From: Candidatus Saccharimonas aalborgensis
Lineage (GTDB): Bacteria; Patescibacteriota; Saccharimonadia; Saccharimonadales; Saccharimonadaceae
Direction: 5' to 3'
Assembly (NCBI RefSeq): GCF_000392435.1
Contig: NC_021219.1
Coordinates: 540,001 to 572,000 of the forward strand
DNA: 32,000 nucleotides
Shown here: piece by piece, positions 26,284 through 32,000 of the stretch
Numbering within the stretch: position 1 is the stretch's first letter
Layout: each line of letters starts with the position of its first letter
Translations under genes and position numbers: made by a program
Notes under the pieces: model-generated
Seen by the model: the letters and a program-made list of their open reading frames with translations, nothing else
Told to the model about the DNA's origin: nothing
The model's database searches: none

Positions 26284-26400
26284 GATTTCCTCACAGGATC
26301 GAGCTCTGAACCCCCATGGTTCCAAGCAATATGCTAATTATAGCATAAAAACTATAAAACAACAATACCCTAAGGAGTACAAAGCAAAACAGCCCGCTCG

Positions 26401-27609
26401 TTATTGACGGGCAAAAATCTCTTTGAGGCTGAGTTTGCGGCTGTATTCGAGTGCGCCAAAGCGGAAAATACGAACGGCAATGCTCATTACAATAAAGGTG
26501 GTGATGCTCAGAATGACGATAGACAGCCCAATTTCCCATCCCTGGAGATTGCCCAGAGCATTTCGGAGGAGGAGGGGAATAGGAGCGGTGAAAGGAAATA
26601 GTGTGAGAAATACAACGAACGAGCTGGTAGGAGCGGATACAAACAACGAAGCGGCGTAGAGGGGCCCAAAGATGAGCATCATGACAATGCCAAAGAACCC
26701 GCCTGCTTCTTTGGCTGTTGGCACAGCGGCGCCAATGGCGACAAGGAGTCCAGTAAACAGCAAGAAGCTAAGGATGAAGAACAGCGCTCCGAGCAAGATG
26801 CGGGTTGGGTCAACTGGCAGGGCAGTGAGGTCGATTGAAGGGAGTGAGAGTTTTTCGCGGAAGCCAAAATAGCCGATGAGCGCGGGGACGACAATAACGA
26901 CCGCCTGGATTACTGCCAGTATGACAAGCGAAATGATCTTTCCAATGATGAGCGTGCGAGCCTCAATGGTGGTGAGAATCATCTCGATAACGCGATTTTC
27001 TTTTTCTTCGGTGGTGCTTGTCAGCATTTGGTTGCCAAAGAATGCGATAAGGAGATAAAACAGCACAAGAAAGACTCCTGGCAAGATCATCTGCTTCACT
27101 GCATCGTAGGGGGCACCATTACGGTAGATAATAGTGTTGTATGTCGTTGTATCTTGCACAACGGATTTGACTTCTGGTGAGACAGTGGCATTTGCTGACA
27201 TGCTGAGCAAGTTCTTGGCAACCCCCTCGTAGCGCCCGTTATCAAAGAGGCTGACGTCTTTTCCATAGACTTCAACGGGAGTCTTATCGATGTTCTCGGG
27301 GTAGTAGAAATAGGCATCTGTCTTGCCAGCCTTGACATCCTCGATGCCTTGGTTTTTGTCAGTTACCTGCTTGATATTGAGGCCACTCGCAATAGTAGGA
27401 TTGATAAGTTTCGAACGGTCGGTCATCTCAATAGTGAAAGACTGCTTCTCGAGTTGTTTGGTGGCATCGTCCGTCGTCTTGTTTGAAAAAAAGATGATAC
27501 CAAACAGTGCTACAAGCATAATGGGGAACCCAAGCGCCATAATCCAAAATGATTTTTTCTTGAGCGTGCGGAGTATTTCAAATTTGATGACAGTCGTAAG
27601 ATTATGCAT
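26401..27609 (-). CDS. ABC-2 type (NatB-like) transporter permease
   Basis: MHNLTTVIKFEILRTLKKKSFWIMALGFPIMLVALFGIIF, MLTSTTEEKENRVIEMILTTIEARTLIIGKI. Confidence 0.88.
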   Translation of the reverse strand: MHNLTTVIKFEILRTLKKKSFWIMALGFPIMLVALFGIIFFSNKTTDDATKQLEKQSFTIEMTDRSKLINPTIASGLNIKQVTDKNQGIEDVKAGKTDAYFYYPENIDKTPVEVYGKDVSLFDNGRYEGVAKNLLSMSANATVSPEVKSVVQDTTTYNTIIYRNGAPYDAVKQMILPGVFLVLFYLLIAFFGNQMLTSTTEEKENRVIEMILTTIEARTLIIGKIISLVILAVIQAVVIVVPALIGYFGFREKLSLPSIDLTALPVDPTRILLGALFFILSFLLFTGLLVAIGAAVPTAKEAGGFFGIVMMLIFGPLYAASLFVSAPTSSFVVFLTLFPFTAPIPLLLRNALGNLQGWEIGLSIVILSITTFIVMSIAVRIFRFGALEYSRKLSLKEIFARQ

Positions 27610-28349
27610 TGTCTTGCTCCTCTTCTTCGTTCTCATCGCCGTATACTTGGACAAAGATATCGTCGAGTGACTTGCCGCCAAACTTCTTCTTTACTTCTGC
27701 GACCGTACCGTAGGCGTGAGCCTTACCGTCTTTGAGGAGAATGATTCGGTCGCAGAGTCGCTCGACTTCCTCCATCTGGTGCGTCACCATAATGACGGTG
27801 GCCCCTTTTTGCTGGTGCTCCTCTATAATGTTCATGAGCAAACGGCGGTTGACTGGGTCGAAGCCTTTTGTCGGCTCATCGAGAATGAGCAGTTCGGGGT
27901 TGTCCATAATCGTAATGCCAAGTTGGATCTTTTGTTGCTGTCCGCCTGATAACTTATCGAGACGGGTTGCTGCTTTGTCGGAGAGCTTGACTCTCTCGAG
28001 GAATTTTAACGCTTCGTCTCGTGCCTCCTCGCGTGTCATGCCTTTGAGCTGGCCAAAATATACCATGACATCAAGGACCTTCTCCTTTTTGTAGAGCCCG
28101 CGCTCCTCTGGTAAATAGCCAAGCTTGATTCCGCCACTCACACTGTAGGGTGCGCCATCAACAAGTAATTTGCCGGATGTTGGCGGGTAGATACCGAGAA
28201 GGGCGCGGATGGTGGTTGTCTTGCCGCAGCCGTTACTGCCGAGCAACCCAAATGTTTCACCCCTCTTTACTTCAAAGGACAGGTCGTTGATGATCTTTGT
28301 TTTGCCAAATTGCATCGCAAAACCAGAGATTGAGATGATAGATTCCATA
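27602..28349 (-). CDS. ABC transporter ATP-binding protein (NatA-like)
   Basis: LLGSNGCGKTTTIRALLGIYPPTSGKLLVDG, LSGGQQQKIQLGITIMDNPELLILDEPTKGFDPVNRR; ends with DEENEEEEQDNA; 8-nt overlap with permease. Confidence 0.92.
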
Positions 28350-28400
28350 CAGCAAAGTGTAACACAAGGACTCGGTGAGGTGAGATCAAATGAGCAAGCG

Positions 28401-28416
28401 ACACTATATATAGCGT
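28401..28416. promoter_or_regulatory. Candidate NrdR box
   Basis: acactatatatagcgt, close to consensus ACACWATATWTWGTGT, upstream of nrdA. Confidence 0.5.
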
Positions 28417-28522
28417 AGTAAATACTACAATGTACACTACAAGGTGTTGTGTAAGGCATTGTGAAAAAAACATAGACAAAATGCTTGAAATCGGCACATG
28501 TAGTGGGTATAGTCTTACGCAG

Positions 28523-28538
28523 ACACTACATATGTAGT
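28523..28538. promoter_or_regulatory. Candidate NrdR box/palindrome
   Basis: ACACTACATATGTAGT; inner ACTACATATGTAGT is a perfect 14-bp palindrome. Confidence 0.45.
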
Positions 28539-28678
28539 AGTTCAGCAAAATAGACACAAAGGCAAGGATATCGTAAAGCTAGCTCACCACACTAGTGGGC
28601 GGTTTTCTTGCTTGTATGCACTGGGGGGTGTTGTGTCGAGAAGAAGGTACAAACTATAACAAAAAGGAATAGAGGGTA

Positions 28679-31090
28679 ATGAACGGAATTCATGTGGTAA
28701 AACGCGATGGCACCCGCGAACCATTTGACGCCAACAAGATCAATCTCGCGCTTGTGAAAGCAAGCGAGGGTTTGCCAGATCAGATTCAAAAAGTTGTGCA
28801 GGTAGCGACTGAACTGCAACTTACACTCTTTGATGGAATCACTAGTGAAGAGTTAGATGAAGCAGTTATTCATACGGCACTTCAGAATGTCAAAGATGAT
28901 CCTGATTTTGATACTATCGCTGCACGGCTGCTGCTCAAGAATGTCTACAAGAACATCCTGGGCGACTATAAAGACGACGCCGAGCTCAAAAAATTACACG
29001 AGAAGGCTTTTCCTCAGTACTTGAAGACAGCGGTCAAGGAGGGACTTCTCGATAAGCGAATGGTTGACCCAGCTTTGTTTGATGTTAAGAAACTTGCGGC
29101 TGCACTTGACCCGCAACGTGATGCACTGAGCAAATATCTTGGGGTTATTACCAATAAGAATCGCTATGCACTTCGTAAACAAAATGGCGAGCCGGTAGAA
29201 ACCCCGCAATTTACGCATATGCGAATTGCCATGGGATTAAGTTTCAACGAAAAGGACCCTACCGCTGCGGCACTTGATTTTTATAGGCATATGAGTAATC
29301 TCGATTATTTGCCTGGTGGAAGTACGCGAGTCAACGCCGGAGGTTCATTTCCGCAACTATCGAACTGCTTTGTGATTGATGTCGACGATGACATGGAGGC
29401 AATTGCTAAATCGATTCGCGACACGATGTGGATTGCCAAGGGTACTGGCGGTATTGGTATCAGCATGAACAAACTACGTGCCGCGGGCAGTCCTGTCAAA
29501 ACGACAAATACGGTGAGTACGGGACCATTGCCGTTTATGAAGATGATCGATACTGCTCTGTTTGCCGTTAGTCGCAAGGGCAAGAAGGCTGGTGCAGCGG
29601 CTATTTATATGGAGAACTGGCATGTCAACTTTCCTGGATTTATGGAGCTCCGTCAAAATAGCGGTGACCCCTATTTCCGAACTCGGTTTGCCAATATCGC
29701 CGTTTACATCAGTGACGAGTTTATGCGCCGTGTGCAAAAAGAGCAGGATTGGTATATGTTTGATCCCGCCGAGACGCCTGATCTGAGCGAGCTCTACGGA
29801 GACGCATTTGCAAAGCGATACAACGAGTATGTCAAACTCGCAAAGGCTGGAAAACTGCGAGAGTTTAAGACCGTGCCTGCACGCCAACAGTGGCGACAGA
29901 TTTTGACGAGTCTTCAGGCGAGCAGCCACCCCTGGATCACCTGGAAAGATACCATCAATGTGCGCGCGCTCAACAACAACCGCAGCACCATCCATAGTAG
30001 TAATCTGTGTACCGAGATTACCTTGCCAAATGACGAAAAGAATATTTCTGTCTGCAATCTCGTGAGTATAAATCTGAGCGCCTTTCTAGATGTTGATAAA
30101 AAAGTCTGGGACTGGAAGCGGCTTGAGGCGGCAACACGTAGCGCCATTCGACAGCTTGATAATTTATGTGATATTACCGACACGCCAATTCCCGAGGCGA
30201 TCAACAGCATTCAGACGACGCGTGCTCTCGGGCTTGGCATCATGGGCTTCACTGATGTCATCGAAAAATTGGGTTATAGCTATGAGAGTGAAGAGGCCTA
30301 TGATACGATGGATCAACTCGCCGAATATATTAGCTACTATGCGATTGATGAATCAGCTGAACTTGCCAAAACGCGAGGGAGCTATCCTGATTTTAAGGGT
30401 AGTGGATGGAGCAAGGGTCAATTGCCGATCGACACTGTCGATGCGCTGGCCAAAGACCGTAGTGTCGCCGTAGATGTCACTCGCAAAACTCGTCTCGACT
30501 GGGAAGCGCTACGCAAAAAAACGACAAAAGGCATGCGTAATGCAACACTTATGGCGATTGCTCCGACAGCAAATATCGCCCACGTGGCAGGTACAACACC
30601 CGGTATTGACCCACAGTTTGGACAAATATTTAGCCGCAGCACCCTCAATGGCAAGTTTCTCGAGGTTAATACCAATCTTGTGCGAGATCTGAAGGCACTA
30701 GGTATCTGGAATGAAGTAAAGGACCAACTTCTCATCGAGCAAGGTGATCTGACGAATATCGATACAGTGCCGCAACACCTGAAAGACGTCTACAAGACAT
30801 GCTTCCAGCTCAGCCCATTCGCGTTTGTCGAAGTAGCAGCGCGAGCCCAGAAATGGGTCGACCAGGCAATCAGCCGCAATATGTATCTCGAAAGCCGCAG
30901 CATCGACGACATGGAGAAGGTCTATATGGGTGCGTGGAAGCGTGGTCTCAAAACTACCTACTATTTGCACATGAAACCGCGCCATCAGGCCGAGCTCAGT
31001 ACCGTAAAGGTCAACAAAGCTGACGCAATTGTCGATAGTAGCGGCGCGCGAAAGAGCGGATTTGGATTTGCAAAGAAGCAGGCGGCATGA
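28679..31090 (+). CDS. nrdA: Ribonucleoside-diphosphate reductase, class I large subunit
   Basis: ATP-cone VVKRDGTREPFDANKINLALVKASEG; NCFVIDVDDDMEAIAKSIRDTMWIAKGTGGIGISMNKLR; NLCTEITLPNDEKNISVCNLVSINLSAF; APTANIAHVAGTTPGIDP. Confidence 0.95.
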   Translation: MNGIHVVKRDGTREPFDANKINLALVKASEGLPDQIQKVVQVATELQLTLFDGITSEELDEAVIHTALQNVKDDPDFDTIAARLLLKNVYKNILGDYKDDAELKKLHEKAFPQYLKTAVKEGLLDKRMVDPALFDVKKLAAALDPQRDALSKYLGVITNKNRYALRKQNGEPVETPQFTHMRIAMGLSFNEKDPTAAALDFYRHMSNLDYLPGGSTRVNAGGSFPQLSNCFVIDVDDDMEAIAKSIRDTMWIAKGTGGIGISMNKLRAAGSPVKTTNTVSTGPLPFMKMIDTALFAVSRKGKKAGAAAIYMENWHVNFPGFMELRQNSGDPYFRTRFANIAVYISDEFMRRVQKEQDWYMFDPAETPDLSELYGDAFAKRYNEYVKLAKAGKLREFKTVPARQQWRQILTSLQASSHPWITWKDTINVRALNNNRSTIHSSNLCTEITLPNDEKNISVCNLVSINLSAFLDVDKKVWDWKRLEAATRSAIRQLDNLCDITDTPIPEAINSIQTTRALGLGIMGFTDVIEKLGYSYESEEAYDTMDQLAEYISYYAIDESAELAKTRGSYPDFKGSGWSKGQLPIDTVDALAKDRSVAVDVTRKTRLDWEALRKKTTKGMRNATLMAIAPTANIAHVAGTTPGIDPQFGQIFSRSTLNGKFLEVNTNLVRDLKALGIWNEVKDQLLIEQGDLTNIDTVPQHLKDVYKTCFQLSPFAFVEVAARAQKWVDQAISRNMYLESRSIDDMEKVYMGAWKRGLKTTYYLHMKPRHQAELSTVKVNKADAIVDSSGARKSGFGFAKKQAA

Positions 31091-31155
31091 GATGAAGCAG
31101 CACTTGAATTAATCCACTAACACCACATCAACAGAATAATAGGAGGGGATACCAA

Positions 31156-31329
31156 ATGAACGCATCAACTATCATCAACGACAATATGTCACTCGAGGAA
31201 AAACTTCAAGCTATCAGTGATGCTATGGAGGCTGCGCAGGCCTCGGTAAACGAGCAGGCAGCCCGCTCGGGGCAAACGGCCGCACCAATTGATCCAGCGA
31301 CGTTTACGATTTGCGACGGCTGCGAATAA
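31156..31329 (+). CDS. 57-aa protein ending in CxxC between nrdA and the R2 gene
   Basis: Manually read: MNASTIINDNMSLEEKLQAISDAMEAAQASVNEQAARSGQTAAPIDPATFTICDGCE*; strong SD aggaggggat; too short for the ORF track. Confidence 0.75.
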   Translation: MNASTIINDNMSLEEKLQAISDAMEAAQASVNEQAARSGQTAAPIDPATFTICDGCE

Positions 31330-31436
31330 CCAGTGACTGCCAGGTGTAGCGCGCTCAGTTGAGAGTTAGCTTGTTTCGTGTCATACTATATATAGATATA
31401 TTAGTGAGCAGGATAAAAGATAAGGAGGAAACAAGG

Positions 31437-32000
31437 ATGGGTAAAATCTTAGGCTCCGGCATCCAAGACGGACTATTACTGAAACCAATCAACTATCAAT
31501 GGGCGATGGACCTCTATGATCAGGCAGTTGCGAACACGTGGTTTCCTAACGAGATTCAACTGGCGCAGGATTTAGCTGACTGGGAAAAAATGACCGATGA
31601 AGAGCGTCATGCAGTGACATTTTTGATGAGCTACTTCAACCCCAACGAGCTGTTGGTCAATAAGGCGTTGGCATTTGGTGTCTATCCCTACGTCAATGCA
31701 GCGGAGTGCCACCTCTATCTTGCCAAGCAAATGTGGGAAGAGGCGAATCACTGCATGGCGTTTGAGTACGTGCTCGACACGTTTCCGATCGATCGCGAAG
31801 CCGCCTATAGTGCCCATGTTGATGAGAAGGTCATGGCAGTCAAGGAAGAGTTTGAGACGAAGTACATCAAACGGATGACCGAAGACACGATGGATATCAC
31901 GACAACTGAGGGCAAAAAAGATTTCATCCGTAACCTTATCGCCTACAATATCATTCTCGAGGGCATTTGGTTCTACTCGGGATTCATGGTGGCACTTAGT
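31437..32000 (+). CDS. Ribonucleotide reductase class I beta subunit (R2), truncated at right edge
   Basis: Manual reading open to the window end: MGKILGSGIQDGLLLKPINYQWAMDLYDQAVANTWFPNEIQLAQDLADWEKMTDEERHAVTFLMSYFNPNELLVNKALAF...AKQMWEEANHCMAFEYVLDTF; SD aaggagg. Confidence 0.93.
   Translation, partial: MGKILGSGIQDGLLLKPINYQWAMDLYDQAVANTWFPNEIQLAQDLADWEKMTDEERHAVTFLMSYFNPNELLVNKALAFGVYPYVNAAECHLYLAKQMWEEANHCMAFEYVLDTFPIDREAAYSAHVDEKVMAVKEEFETKYIKRMTEDTMDITTTEGKKDFIRNLIAYNIILEGIWFYSGFMVALS

Noticed and set aside
29474-29995. 173-aa minus-strand ORF and other minus-strand ORFs across 28.7-31.1 kb
   Set aside because: Antisense readings of nrdA without independent start signals.
31091-31155. 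Programmed frameshift joining nrdA to the CxxC ORF
   Set aside because: The ORF has its own SD and ATG, there is a 65-nt gap with stops, and no slippery sequence was evident at the nrdA stop; a separate small gene is more economical.
1-32000. CRISPR array, transposase/IS element or prophage module
   Set aside because: No regularly spaced direct repeats and no transposase, integrase, capsid or terminase-like ORF seen in any frame.
1-32000. Alternative genetic code with UGA as Gly (as in Gracilibacteria/SR1)
   Set aside because: Well-conserved genes (ComF, nrdA, tsaC) end at or before UGA/UAA/UAG as expected, and no in-frame UGA interrupts conserved domains.

Overview
Single-contig window that reads as a small-genome bacterium of the CPR/Patescibacteria type. 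A Saccharibacteria-like origin is my inference from gene content and needs a phylogeny. Main content: (1) a divergent locus with a large VirB6/TrbL-like polytopic protein truncated at the left edge, facing an operon of six tandem VirB2/TrbC-pilin-like proteins, with a seventh copy at 10 kb; (2) housekeeping genes: Hsp20, ComF, valS, rlmH, HIT, tsaC (YrdC family), tsaD, a MurE-like ligase, two FemX/FemAB-like transferases, a PGI/PMI-like protein, two ABC transporter pairs, an L,D-transpeptidase, and class I ribonucleotide reductase (nrdA plus a truncated R2 gene); (3) five complete tRNAs: Ser-UGA, Arg-GCG, Ser-GCU, Ser-CGA and Ser-GGA. The best leads are: a 57-aa ORF ending in CxxC between nrdA and the R2 gene, next to an NrdA that lacks C-terminal cysteines; a class Ic-like R2 metal/radical signature; an exact '-10 / 6 nt / start codon' leaderless layout at six genes; tRNA terminators whose stems pair through the encoded CCA end; two partial tRNA-Ser duplications, one containing a structured insert beside a GC-rich two-gene island; a MurE-like ligase with a shortened N-terminus and a changed specificity motif; and the pilin-paralog array. 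The supplied ORF track omits both edge-truncated genes and the 57-aa ORF. All calls are by eye; no database search was run.
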